Positions 12,201-25,600 of a stretch of DNA of 64,000 nt are shown in pieces. The DNA is taken from the NCBI GenBank assembly GCA_973851085.1, contig OZ316776.1, forward strand, positions 1,550,001 through 1,614,000. The letters run 5' to 3'. Numbering within the stretch: the stretch's first letter is position 1; the number at the start of each line of letters is the position of its first letter. The notes under the pieces are model-generated. The model saw only the letters and a program-made list of their open reading frames with translations, was not told the origin of the DNA and made no database searches. The translations under genes and the position numbers were made by a program. Source of the stretch: Ptychomitrium polyphyllum. Its lineage: Eukaryota.

Positions 12201-13097
12201 CTTTGGGTCGGAATTCACCAGCATATTGTATGCCTGGTACGGATCAACCCATTGCCCATCCGCTGCAGAATAGACCCCCAAACCAACAAAAATCACCCAC
12301 CTCGTAAGCACTCACAACATGACTCTCTCAGTACTACATACTCTGTAGCTTGTTCACCCATTCCAAGTATGCTTAAGCCTTATTTGAGACATTCCTATGC
12401 AAAAAATCGTGCATAACTTCAGAATATAGGAGCATGACGAAGATCGGTTGAGGGTTTTGGATAAACGGCGTCAGTCACCTGCAAAACAACCGTCGTCTCT
12501 GTACGTCTCGGTTATAAAAATAATAGTGCGTACAGGTGAGTATGGCCCAAATTCTGGTTCTTCGATATACTTCCAGTAGCGCCATGACTTACACGGACCG
12601 CCTGTTGGATAAACAAGCGCTTGAATCTGCACGATTTTCAATCCATGCACCTCTGATTATTTCCTAGTTGTTATCATGAAAGTCATTGGTTTGGTTCACC
12701 CCCTGACAATGCCTATACAGACGGCATTGAGGAAAACACGTGTTGCAAATGAAGCATACAGGCAAACATCGCGACAAAAGGGAGAAGGACAAATCACCTG
12801 TGCAACAGCGGCGTGAATGTCGAAGCCCTTAAGACCGAGGCATTCGAAGTTGAATTTAACATTGCTGACGGCCTTTATGAGGTGTTGATCATCGTGACAA
12901 AGAGGGCGACCTCCACGAGGGACGAGCGCCACGGGAACGGAAGGCAGGTCCCAGATAGCAACATCAACGAGACTATGAGAGGGAGGAGGAGCGCTATGGC
13001 GCACGAGAAAGAGCTGGAAAAGCTCCGAGGGCTGAGCGTTCTTCACAAGCAGTGCGACGCGCACTTGCACAGCGGCAGCAGCAGTGGAGAACGCCAT
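9204..13097 (-). CDS. Metallo-beta-lactamase-fold hydrolase, LACTB2-like (plant type with a long N-terminal domain), with a C-terminal membrane anchor
   Basis: Multi-exon gene, ATG at 13097, exon 1 ending at 12798. MBL motifs: LICDPG, THHHHDH (~11515-11535), PGHTDGH, LLVGDHCVG, IIPAHG, HREAREAKIL and ALSNVKLHINHL. The last exon ends ...SLSVIVVVGAVACLWTKKK with TGA at 9206-9204. Confidence 0.88.
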
Positions 13098-13350
13098 AAG
13101 CTCAAGACGAACGGAAACCCAAAAACCAAAATCATAAAACAGAAACCCACAGGAAGAAGGAAAAACAAAGGCAGTTACAGATTATGGCACTGCAACAACA
13201 TCAAAACAGAGAACTTGAAGGAAGGGAATGGATCCTGAATGGATCATGATCTATGATCCATGAGCATCATCATCGTCATCATGGGAAAGGACTCTCCTTT
13301 GGGATACAATGCAGCTGGTCTCTCTATCTCATCATAATGACCGCGCCACT

Positions 13351-13410
13351 GGGCACCTCTGGGCACCTCTGGGCACCTCTGGGCACCTCTGGGTACCTCG
13401 GGGTACCTGT
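13351..13410. repeat. 10-bp tandem array (GGGCACCTCT) x4 plus 2 variants
   Basis: gggcacctct x4, gggtacctcg, gggtacctgt; about 250 bp upstream of the MBL gene start. Confidence 0.95.
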
Positions 13411-16400
13411 ACGTGAATGTTAGTACACACGCCACATCCGCCTAGCTCAGCTGCTTACCAACCATGGCAGCAGCATCTCCCCTCACACATCCCCTGCTCC
13501 TCCCCTGGGCCCCCTGCCATTGGTTTCCCCCCCTTGTCCCCTTCCTAACGGCCTCCCCACGCCTTCCAGCTTCAGGACTCTTCCTCCTGTGGAATCATCA
13601 ACACAACCAACACTTATCCTCATCTGCTCTTCAAACTGCTCTCCATCTATTGTGCTCTCCATTGACCGCCTCCCTCACCTTTGAACCGCTGCTTCTTAAC
13701 ATCGTACCTGACACTACCATCTCCAACTCCTAATTGCTTCCAAGCCTCCCTGAAATGAGCTACCTTTGCTAAAGCAGAATGTCGCATCAAGAACCGTGAA
13801 ATAGTTAACCTCACACCAAACACTCCAATATTATAATCGACCTTACCATCTCCAACAGGTAATCCTTTTCAACTTTCCCAGCGTTCATGTCTGTAGGTTC
13901 CCTCTTGTCCATCGACTCCCTCCGAGATCAGAATCCTCTGTCCCTCAACATCGTACAAAATACTCTGGTATCATAATTGACCTATCCTTTCCAACTCCGG
14001 GTTCCCTTGTGCTTACGCCTGTTCCCTGCCTTCATTGACCAGCTGAGACCAAGGTTAGAATCCCTTGCCTGATCCAGCTTCCAGACAGTACCTGCTGTAC
14101 AAGAGAGTGTAATACCACACTTGACCTACACAAACATTTTCCGCTGGTAATCGCTTTCTGTCCTGAGAAAGCGACACCGCTAAGAGAAAAGAAGAAACTT
14201 GTCGCAGTCAGCTGCGCAAGTACATCGTGAGGCAAGTGTGAGTGGCGTAATGAACGTAACGAGAGCCAACCTTCCGTTTCTGTGACGTAATGGGCGTTGC
14301 AGCTCCGCATTCTGCACTGACTGGTCCGAAATGAGAAGCTTGGGTGCTGATTGCGTTGTTGTGTTCGTGTCCTGCGTTCCCAAGTTGGGAGCTTCTCTGA
14401 TGCAAGACCGTGACGTAACCCTTGGTAGGCAGCTTCGCATGCACTGGGGAATGGAATCAGCGCTGTTCCAGAAAATTTGGTGCAAACTTATTCTGTCCCT
14501 TGTTTGCCAGTTGTTGGCAGCCACTCTTTGTGTCCAAATTGGATTTGAGTTGGGTGTAGCTATGACATTCTTCAAAGAGGCTTCTCTGTGTGAGATGATC
14601 CTAAATTACTACCCATGTGAGTGAAAAGTGGTTAAACCACCCTCTCTCAAAGGGAGGGTTCCCTCAAAGTTATTTTCTACATGTTGTTCAGTGGGAAACT
14701 AGAGTGAAGAGTTGCTTAATGTAATGTTTTCATATCTCATATAATTTTCTTGTAAGTACACCGCATGGTTATAAAGTTTACCTTTGTAACAACAACGTTC
14801 TTATTTTAAGTGGTGAGGTGCTCATTATCTCAAAGAATAGTTTAATTTAGTTGGTGTGGTTTGGCTTGTAGAAAATTTCATGTTGAATCAAATTTATTTA
14901 AGGTAAGAACATAAAACTCCAGAGTTTGCAAACCTTTCTGTTAAAGTCTTTATAGTTATAGATCACTGCACAAAATTTTCACAGCAAAAGAGGGAATATG
15001 TCTTCTCTTAGACCATGTAAAAGCGTGATTTTTACTAAGAATGTTGTCAGCTTAACTCAAAACATGCATCCAAGAAATCTACAAACTGCCTTGCAAGACA
15101 GAAATCCACTCTTCATTAATCTAAGAGCAACAATCATATTGCAAAACTACAATAATCAAACCACCACACTGCTTGCAGCCCAACCCCTTGGTCACATCCA
15201 TAGCTTAACATACTGCTGATGTATGTTTATCTGTTCTCTTCAACAGTTCTCTCATTTGTAATTAATAATTTTCAAATGCACAAGGTAGCATGCCAGAATT
15301 AACATTGGATTACTCCTAGGCCACATCTTGCAATAAACTGAAGTATATGTCAGGTTCTAGAGAACTGGGAACATAAGATTCCTCTGTTCACACCTTTAGG
15401 CACATTCTGCAGCAATTCTTTCGATTTTTTCTCTCCCATCTATAAGTCTACAAATCTTAAATTTATGGAATGTAGTAATAATTAGATGGCTGAACCAAAT
15501 GCCTTGTGCAGAGTAGTAGATAGCCAAGCCACACTTCTTCCAGCAAGAACTTCACATACCATAGGTGCAGGATTGTAAGCCCATAAATTGTCGCACCAGA
15601 CATCAGACATCCTGATGGCCTCCATAGGTATCTGCCCCACATGCCCAAGCTTTGTTGAAATACGCTCTACAAACAACTGCATGTCCATCTTCTGAGCCAT
15701 TGGATTGGATAACCACTAAATTTATTGGTGAAAATGATCATCAGGTCCTTCAGGCAGGCCCTCCTGTCGCCAGTGACCTGCACCACCATGTCTATTATTT
15801 TGCTTTCAGATACAACATCAGCATATTTATGATCTTTGTTGAGTTAGTATGCATTGGATCTGTAATTGTCATTGTTGAAAACAAACTAAAGTTTGTGCAT
15901 ATTCTTAACATATGATATTCTGGATCCAAAATCCCAAAGTGATGAGTGGTGAGCATCTCAATGTGTAGTTTCCTCTATTGATGGCAAATAAGCCTCCCAA
16001 TTTGTTCACAATACATCAAATTATTCTTCATCATGACAACCAGATTCCATTGTTATCTCCTGGCAAATGTGCATACTTTTGCTGCAGAAGATGGAGAATA
16101 TGTTTGTGTCAGTTTCATGATTACTTTGTTACTTACATCTTTCAAAAAATAATTTAGATTTCTATTCCTATAAATTAATTCAATTCAATGGCATTCAAAA
16201 GCATGGTGTTTTTTTAAATTAAAATACATTCAATAAATCCAATTTCAATGTAGTTTCTAAGAATTAGGTGACTTTATTAATAATTATAATTCTTTACAAA
16301 CAATCCCAACATGAATTGACCTTCACTTTGTACCATAAAATCTTGCTTACAAATTAAACTTTAAAAAAATAAAGTATAATTTATTAATTGGTTTTAATTA

Positions 16401-16871
16401 ATATGATTTTTTTGTTCTTGATTATTCTTGTTACCAACAATTTTTACAAGAGTTCTTCTATGCTTAGATTATCTACATCTTTATTTCTAGTAAAAATGTC
16501 AATTTGAACAAAAATTAATGACTTTGAATAATCAGTTAACACAATTGATATTAAACCATATTTTTAATGTTATATAAGAACTTGAACATTATAAAGTATA
16601 CCTATTATTATACAAAATGTTGCTTAGAAAAACATGCTCAACTTCTCACCATTATATTATTTTTAAATTTTTTTGAAATATTACAATTGTTTTAAAATAG
16701 TTTAATTATTTTATGCAAGAAAAATAATTTTAATAAATATGTTTATGTACAATTTTACATGAATAATATTAATATCTCTAATCTTCGGAAAATATACTTT
16801 TTGTAAAATATATATAACGCTGACTTCATAGTTAATATGTCTTGGACAAAAGATGGTAATGGTACACTCGT

Positions 16872-17140
16872 GCTCTGGAGCAATTCCGTGGTAGAACGGT
16901 CAAGTCAAAGAGCTTGTCGCTTCGTCCAATCACAGAGGCTCCGGAGCAATTCCACTGTGGAACGGCCTAACGAACACACTCCGACGCTTCCCATCACGAA
17001 TTCTCCAAAGCAATTCCGCACAAGAAAGGTCGAGTGAGTAGAGGCTCTGGAGCGAACAGATTCCTCATAACAGTAGACCGCACAGGCCCCGCTCCTTCCG
17101 CTCTTAGAGGCTTTGGAGAGATTCCGCTGTGGAACAGTTC
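16872..17140. repeat. Degenerate ~65-bp repeat with palindromic core, upstream of AUG1
   Basis: Cores of the form ctcyrragcaattcc...gaa(c)gg start at 16873, 16939 and 17003, with more diverged copies at 17045 and 17111. Confidence 0.7.
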
Positions 17141-17658
17141 TCCGGTACAAACCTGGCCGAGTACATCCTATGCTTCGATTTCCTGTCCCCTTTCTGAATG
17201 ATACCTAGTTGGTACGCAGTCGATACTAATCTGATGTCTGTGTGGTATTGCTTTGATACATATGTGATACCCGAGTGACTCTCAGGTGAGGTTTTGCAAG
17301 GTTGCGACGTTGTAAGCTTGCGCTATGCCGTCTCAGGCTTTTTCTGGCAGGCATTTTCCAGGCGTATGTGGTGATCGAGGTCGCTTGAGTTCGAGTGGAA
17401 TAGCAGAAGCGGACTTAGTTTCTCAGCAACTTACGCTTATCTTTCTAACTCTACTACGGAGGCAGTCTGCAGCGAGTGATATTTTAGGATCGAGAGAACA
17501 ATTTGCTGTTAGCCGATGGGGTTTGCATTTGAAACCTTTCTGTCTGCCGAGAAAGATTCGGCGTCATCTGGACAGAATAGGGAGCGATGGTGCAGGTTCT
17601 AGAGTCTGGAACTCAATGGTGTGAGCAGGTGTAATGTGTGGTGAGGAGGTCAAGAACA

Positions 17659-19671
17659 ATGGCAGGTGTGAGTGGAGGTTTGGAGAGCGGGAGTGGCGCA
17701 GCAGGGGATGGGGTTTTCGATGTGCAGCAGGTTGCGGATGTGAAGGCGTGGCTGCGGGGAGCGTTTGAAGCCGTCGGGAAGGAAGTGCCGGAGTTTGAGT
17801 ACACGCCGCGTACTGTGGCGCATCTACATAACCTAGCTGTTCTTTCCCAGCACCGCACGCAGTCTGCCACGATTGTCGCCGCGGATCTGCGGCAGCGAGC
17901 TTCCGAGTTTCGGAGTCAAGGCAGGTTCTTTCATTCCTCTAAGTATGTGCGGGTCAAAGTAACGGTTTGAGGTTGTTGCAGTGGTTGTTTTAGCTGTGGG
18001 GTGCCTTACTCGCGATGGCTATCTCTGTTGTGAGAAGCTTTCTGATGAACGCTAGTTGCTGTGACAGCTGCCAGGATTCGCGAGACACTCGAATGCACAG
18101 GGCTTTCTCAAGAGAATCTGTCGCAGTCTGGCGTTATGTCTGCAAACACGCTTGCCAATGTTGCCAATTTGCTTGATCTCAAAGACACGGAATCTACCAG
18201 GTTTGTTTTTTTTTGTGCAAGTATTTGTGACCCAACATTGTTTCGTACAATCTATTGGTGTTACTTGTTCGGCACATCAGCAATGCTATTAGAATTGAAT
18301 GTGTTGGAGTGTAGGCACTATCATCCTGGCTTTATCGATTGGATCGTCTTCATGGTAATAATGCAATTCCTCTAATGAGGTGTTTAGAACTGGTCTTAGT
18401 CATGTTTATATTGGTCTTTGTTTCCAAGTTTTTTGCTGATAGTTGCTTAATTCTGACTTCTTAATATCAATTTTATATCGTAAGTGCTTCTTCATTACCT
18501 TCACATTGTTGGTGGCAAACCTACTTATGTGAAGAAATGTCAAATATGATCTGCATTAAGTTCTTCGCTCTTGTTAAGCGTGTCTCTTTTTCTCTTTGGC
18601 AGCTACCTTATGGCTATAGCTGAGCTCTCATTGAAGAAGACTGAGCTAGAGGAGACAAGATCCAAGGCTCAAAGGGAATCCAAAATGCTTTTAGATTATA
18701 CCCGAAAAGCAATTGCCCGACTGACCTATTTAAAAAGGTGATAACTCTATGCTTCTTGCATGTATGAATAGTTAGGAGCTGGCTGTTACCGTGCAAATTC
18801 CGTTTGGATTGTTTTTATTATGGTAATATATGTTTAGTTCTGTATGAAAGTGTTTGTTTGACGAGATCTGGCTCTTCTAATGGGTGCGGGGTGAAGGACT
18901 CTTGGTCAGCTTGAAGAGGAGGTGGCTCTCCGGGAGGGGCCAATGATGCAATGGAACACAAACCTCAAAATGATGGCTTCGAAAGAGCGTCAATACCTGC
19001 AACAGCTTGCTAACTACAAGGTACAGTGAACTTCCTATATTATGTGATGGCTTTGTAGAATCACAAGAGCAATAAATGTTGAAGTGAGGAGGATATCTAG
19101 TGGAAGATGCAGAAGTGTTGGAAAAATAAAATCCAAAGCTTTTGTTTGAAAGCTTTTTGATTCCAGAAAGTGTTCACGTGACATACATCACTGGATTTCG
19201 GTTTGACATAAGAGTTTGTGCACCTCATTCTGCGTGCAGTCTTTGCTAAGGCGACTTGGGTACACTAGAGAGATTAGTCATGGCGTTCTAATGGCTATGG
19301 TGGAGCATCGTCATGAATTGGAGGCCAAGACTAAGCCCATTCTTGACACGCTGCGCAGCTACCAAGACCTTCCTCCGGTAATAATCTTACCGGAAATCTT
19401 TTCATAGCCACTTCATAATCTGTTTTTAAGCGTGATGTTGCTTTTATAAATATATGTCAAATCCGGTATAGTTTGTCATTAGATTGTCGTTTTTGAACTA
19501 GACAAAATCTCTTAATGTTCTTTGCTCAGTATATACTTTTGGATCCGTTGGCGACTCCAGGACAAGGCATTAGCAGGTCTTGCCATTGAAGACAAAAGGC
19601 GTGAATATGAGGCTGCTGAGAAGTACTTGGAAGATGCTTTACATTCAGCTCTTCATACCCCACAAGAGTGA
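17659..19671 (+). CDS. AUG1: Augmin/HAUS complex subunit 1
   Basis: Exons 17659-17920, 18068-18200, 18603-18737, 18897-19020, 19240-19377 and 19561-19671 join in frame. Motifs: VKAWL..FEAVGKEVPEFEYTPR, QAARIRE, LDYTRKAIARLTYLKRTL, TKPILDTLRSYQDLPPDKALA.LAIEDK. Confidence 0.95.
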
Positions 19672-22600
19672 CAACACTACAAATATTTGGTGATGCACTT
19701 AAAAATGTGAATGACCAGCATCTTTGCAAATGATTTTTTACTATTAGAGTTTTGAAATGAATTCCGTTCAGCGGACAAGAGGGCAGGCCATATGTGTAGT
19801 GCATCATCTGTAGTTGTTTTCACGTTCTATATACATTGCAGATCCATTGAAGCCTTGTATCACAGGCGTTGCATGTTTACTGGTTATTCTGCAACTGCCA
19901 TAAATTTTGTGCTTCTAAAGTAGTGGATAATGTTTACAGTTTTAATTTTCTCAATTGCATGGATCACCAGTTTTTCATTTACAGTTTTGGAGGCAATCTA
20001 CAACCTTGAGCACCTAACTATTCTAAATGAACTAGTGTTTCTATATGAAGGCTTATGTCCAGGCTTAAATACAATATTGACAATGAAGCACTTCCGTCTG
20101 AATCACAACCATGAACAATGACAATCGTTCTTGAACATGCCAATCTTGCACCCTTTTGAGATGGAATTATTATTAAGGTAAGAAAGGAAATGAGGTTTCC
20201 TTAATTGATATATTGTACCTGTTCACATTTCATTTATAGCCCTTCCTACTAAAAGTGTCTTTAATTTAATACAAAATTCAATAATCATTTTCATGCCATC
20301 ATAAGTAAAAGAAAGCAAGTGTTGGATATTAACGGATGGCTTGTATACAAGGAATGAAAGAATGGAAAAATACATATACTAATATGTATTTGATGACAAT
20401 AAATGACATAAATTGCAATATTAAATCTTTGTTTCTGATTTTTTAAAAAGTGGCATTATATTCTAAGAGATTCAGATGATTAAACATGTTACTTTATCAT
20501 TTCTTTCTTTCAAAAATATATTCATTTTTTATAAAAGAAAGTAACTATTATTTTAGTATAGAACTTTCTTTTTTACCACAAACTCTAATATACTGATAAA
20601 TATGGAAAACAAATGTTGTTAATGTTTATTGACAAAATAAATATAGCAGAATTTATAAAAACCATTCAATGTTGAATTTGAAATTTTAATCAAATTATAG
20701 TAATTGAAAATCATTGCAAGTCAAATGACAATATTTTTATGAGTATGTGGTGTAAATATCTCCATAATCCAAAATAATCCAAATCTCTGAAATTGGCTTC
20801 TAAAAATGAATTGTATTGATCAAAACCAACAGATGTAATTAAAGATTTTGTTAGAAAATTTCATCTGGCGAAGAATTGAAATTTTATAAAATAAAAAAAT
20901 TAATTAAATAGTTTTTTGCCTTTTAAATAAGAATTTTTGTAAAAAATAAATTAAGTTTTTGTTTAATAATTTGATGATGGAAGTTAAAATTGCAAAATCT
21001 ATGATATTAGGATTTATATCTAAGGAAAACATAACAAACATTTATCTTGTATGATTATCCCAGAAAACTCACATGGAAAATTGAATTTGTATTGTACAAT
21101 AAACTGTATAATATATTCATTTCATTAAACTTAAGACTTTAAAAATAAATTTGGAAAAATATCACCTATAAAACATCAAAGTTTGAATTATAAAAAATAT
21201 ATGATGATGATTAATACAACATATTTAGTTTTTTTATAAACCTAGGTTTATTTTTAAATGAAGATCTTATACAATTGGTTTATATCAAATCTTTAACTTT
21301 TTGATTTACTTACTTATAAATTGGATGAAAGAATTAGCAAAAATTTCATTTAAAAAAAAATTTGGTGTTATTTTTTTTCCTTCAATAGTTGCACTTTAGT
21401 TTGTCAATAAAATTTAAGAAACTTTACAATACTTATTCCTTTCAATTTCTAGTTCTACTTTTTTATACTTTGTCCTTTGTTAATTGCCAATGCATATTAT
21501 GGTTGTTACCTACTTGATTATTGTATTTTGCATTGCTTTAGTTAACTTGTCCTTAATTGTCATCTTCCAATGCTAACACCACCCCTTTAATTATTTACAC
21601 TATTGTGCAAGCAACAATTCATTTATAAAGATTAACCTTTTCCTACTTCTAAGCATTGTCTTTGTAAACATCTAGACAAATCTTTGCTTGCAAAGCCAAA
21701 TAGAATTCATTGTATTCAAAAATTCTTCTTATATACTAGTTATCTGACTCTACAAATTATTTCTTTTTGAACCTCCAAACTCACTTAAAGGCACTATAAT
21801 CATGTTGTTGCAAGGCATATTTTCCATCCTCATTACTATTGCAAGAACTACCTTCATTAAAGTCAACACTCACTTCCTCATCAAGTAACACAAAAGGATC
21901 ATTATTAATATCTATGTAAATGGCATCCATTGAGCCACCTTGTAGTGGCTTCATTTGTACTTAACCAGTATCTCATGGAAACTTGTGCATGTGCAATAAT
22001 AAATACCAACTTACATTAGATTTCTATAGAGACTATTTGTATTAACTATAAATATAATAGGCTTATAGTTGCATTTTTATCATAGAAGATTCGCAAATTT
22101 GTTAAGATAAATATTAAAAACTCTTATTCTTGGATAGCAAATTTTTTATTGTGGTTCTTCATTAATTGCCTATACTGTTACTCTAAACTATCATCCTTTA
22201 TTTGGCCTTCATGGTAATAAAGCACATTTTCAAAGGCTATTGGTACCATGATTTCTTACTTGCAAATTAGACCTTTATTTATCAAACTTAGAACCTTAAT
22301 TTGATTCCAAATTTAAAAAAAGTTGATAACATGTCTTGCAAGCGGCAGTCTTAAATATACCAACAAATTGCTTTAAAAAGAAGTGATGGTATAAGAACAA
22401 CCAACTATAAATACGCTTTGAATGCCTTTACTTTCTTCCAATTATGATTCTTTCAAGGTATATATTAGGATTTGATCTTTAGCTTGCATCTTTTGAAGAC
22501 ATGCTTTATGCAAATAGATAATATTTAAGAAAGGTTTGTAGAGTTTGGATTGTATTATAGTCAATAGAATATGCAATGGTGTAGTTGTTATAGTTTAAAG

Positions 22601-25600
22601 TTGTATAAACCAACATACAATAACTTTCATAGCCAATAAATGTTTCTTGCAACAAAATGAGCTCAATATGAAAGTTTTATTAAAATCTTAGGATATGCAA
22701 AAATCCATGCCTAATTATTTGCACACCTTGTTGCTTATGGATTTGTCAAATATTAAATTCTTTGATTTTTTAATCATTTTGTATGCAAGATAGTATTATG
22801 AGACAAGAAATCCAAAAAGAATTAACTAGCAAAGATTGCAATTAGTATAAGTAGCAACTTTGTCTTGCTAATTTAATTTCAAAATTTCTAATGCTTTGTT
22901 TTTAGTTTAATTTAGGAATATATTCTAGTTCAATTTTATCATTTTGAAACAACTTTGGAATAATCAATTGACAATAGTAATAGCCAAATCAATTGAGGTT
23001 TTGATAAAATAATGCTTTAAAGAATAATCTAATTTTCAAAAAATTAAATTGTTTTTTTTTTCTTTGATCTTGGTTGGATTTTTTTTTTTAGAAATTTTAA
23101 TCTTGCAAATTCATTTTGAAGACTTGTGAATTTTGACAAGACAAAATTTATTAGTGTCACAAAATAACTTATATTAAAGAAGCATTAAAAAGAAATGTAT
23201 AGAAATTGTACTTATTCAATAGGAATCATTAGTTGAACTTGTTAATTAACTTTTTTAATTTTGAATAAGAATGTTGAATCAATCATATTATTTACGTCGA
23301 CTAATAAAATTACAAAATAATTTAGATTGAGCATAAAGCTGTGAAGACAATTTGAAAATTGTTAGAATAATCTCTAAAATGAATACCCATGTGAACAATT
23401 GTAATGATTGTCATGTCTTAAAACAATGCTCTATGTTTTAAGAAAAAAAGATTTATTCTATTGTTCATAAACATTGAAAAAGATTCAGGTCATTTGTGGG
23501 AAATTGTGGAGACCATGGCATCCGACCCACATGTGAAAATTTACAATTTTTGATTTATTACTTACACTAACCTTGAAAGTAGACGTTGTGCTTCCTTGCT
23601 TGCAACAGGAAATCTGGGAGAAACAAGGATCTTTTATTGTAATTAAGTGGAGATGGCCTTCGACATCTCTTGAAGAACTGTAAAACTCAAGGATGATATC
23701 TTTTCAAAAGTTGGGAACTATCTTTTATTTTGTTTCCGTAAATCTCGAATGATTATTCAACAGTAACCTTGTGGTCAAGCCAGCTTCAGTCAAGGGCTCA
23801 AAGAGGTGGCATCTAGAACTTAAATGCTAGTACTTTATTAACATATCAGCACTATCACTGTGGCTTGCAATTGGCCTGACATTCTGAAGTATAGTTGGAC
23901 AGAAAATTTGACTTTGAAATGAAGTCCAGTGCCCTTTTGGTTGCCCTTCACAAGCAGTACCTAGTCTCTTGATTTTAATGTGGCCCTACCACCATGTCTG
24001 TTTGTAGCATAATTTGTGCAAACTTTTACCAAATAATGTGATAGACTTCATGTTGTCCCACCACATGGTTGTGGTTGCCTCATCTCCTGATGATCTTGGA
24101 GCTTGTTGTCTCCTCCAACGACAAAGAGGGTTGCATTATAATACTGGATTCTCTCAACTTTGTTGTAATGATCCAAGTGGGGATACAATGTAAAGAACCG
24201 AGGTAATTTTTCTGTGAGGATATGGAGAATTTGTGTTACTTTATATAACTCATCAGTTCCTTCTATGGAGCTGTTGTCTGGAGGCTGTCTATTCAAGATA
24301 TCCCATCACAATAAACTCAACAGCAGGCCTTGCAACAGTGACACCTTGAGTAATGTGCTGTATGTACTAATTTATAGTCGGCATAATCAATCAGACTACA
24401 GACAGACTCCAACTGTGATGAAAGTATTAGGTTGGCCACAAATATAACAAAACACCTGAATTTGAGAGCTCAGCTTGTCACCAAAGTTCAACATTCCATT
24501 GTTGTGCCCTTGGTCTCCAGATCTACACACGATTTAGAATGTGAACTTTTGCAAATGCATCACAAAACCACTTCCAAGTTCTGAACTTCTGGGCGGACTG
24601 AATTTCAAGCACATACTTTTCAACTTGGATTAAATTCAAACTGTTCATTCCTGAACATGCTTTGGATAGTTTACTGTTTACCACAGAACTGTGCTATCCC
24701 TGTACTCAGACTTTCTATTCTTTGATGTAGCTGATGTCTACAAGTAGATTCCAATATTGCAAATAAAGTATTAGCTCTGATCAATGTTCAAATTGGTATG
24801 CATTTGAGTCAACAACCACTTTGTTCATAAATCATTGGCTTCTTATCAGGAAAATTTGTTTAAGAGTCTCTCCAATGGGGTGCTTACCTCACTAGATCAT
24901 GTTACTTTAAAGATTGGCATCCATTGTTTCTATGGTTCTGGAACTGGAAATAAGCAAACAAAATCAAAAGAAAATAATTAAATTAGATTTAAAGTGATGT
25001 TTAAGGCAATTCCAAATTTTACACAGTTTGCAAATTTAAAAGATATCTTATTCTGACTATTTCTCAAGGACTTCCACAGGATATAAGTTGAGTCATTTCT
25101 AACTCTAGTGTCCATTAAGCCTACATCTTGGGATTAGGTCCTCGTTAACAAATGTGTTTGTTTAGGAGCTTTTACCCAGGTCCAACCTGCGACTATTAAT
25201 GCTTGGAGAAATTATGGAGTCTCACTGTAGCATGCGGCTTGGTGGAAATTCAAACATTATCCTAATACATGGTGTGTTAAGCAGATTGCTAGGGTATTGT
25301 GATACAGAGATTTATTGGAGCGATGAATATGATAGGAAACAAAGCAACCTAAGGATTTCGGGTAAGGATTTGCCTTCTACAATGGCTTGGCGACCAAATT
25401 ACAGCTTAAATTATCCATGGGTTTGTAATACGAATACCTTTCAAGATGTGTGCACAAGAGAGACTGTCGAAGCTTCAGAGAACGATGTTTTAAATTAAAA
25501 AGGGCCAGCAATGTAGCACAACTTGAGATACAACAATCGATGCCGTCTGTAACTACAAAGAGGCTGCAGTTAGGAAAAGAAATTAAAACAATAACCCATT

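Noticed and set aside
16872..17140. CRISPR-like repeat-spacer appearance
   Set aside because: The repeats are degenerate, the spacers share sequence (cgcttc...atcac), the spacing is irregular, there are no cas genes, and the context is eukaryotic.
21480..22030. Possible transposase remnant on the minus strand (acidic stretch DEEVSVDFNEG)
   Set aside because: It is too degraded, with no diagnostic motif.
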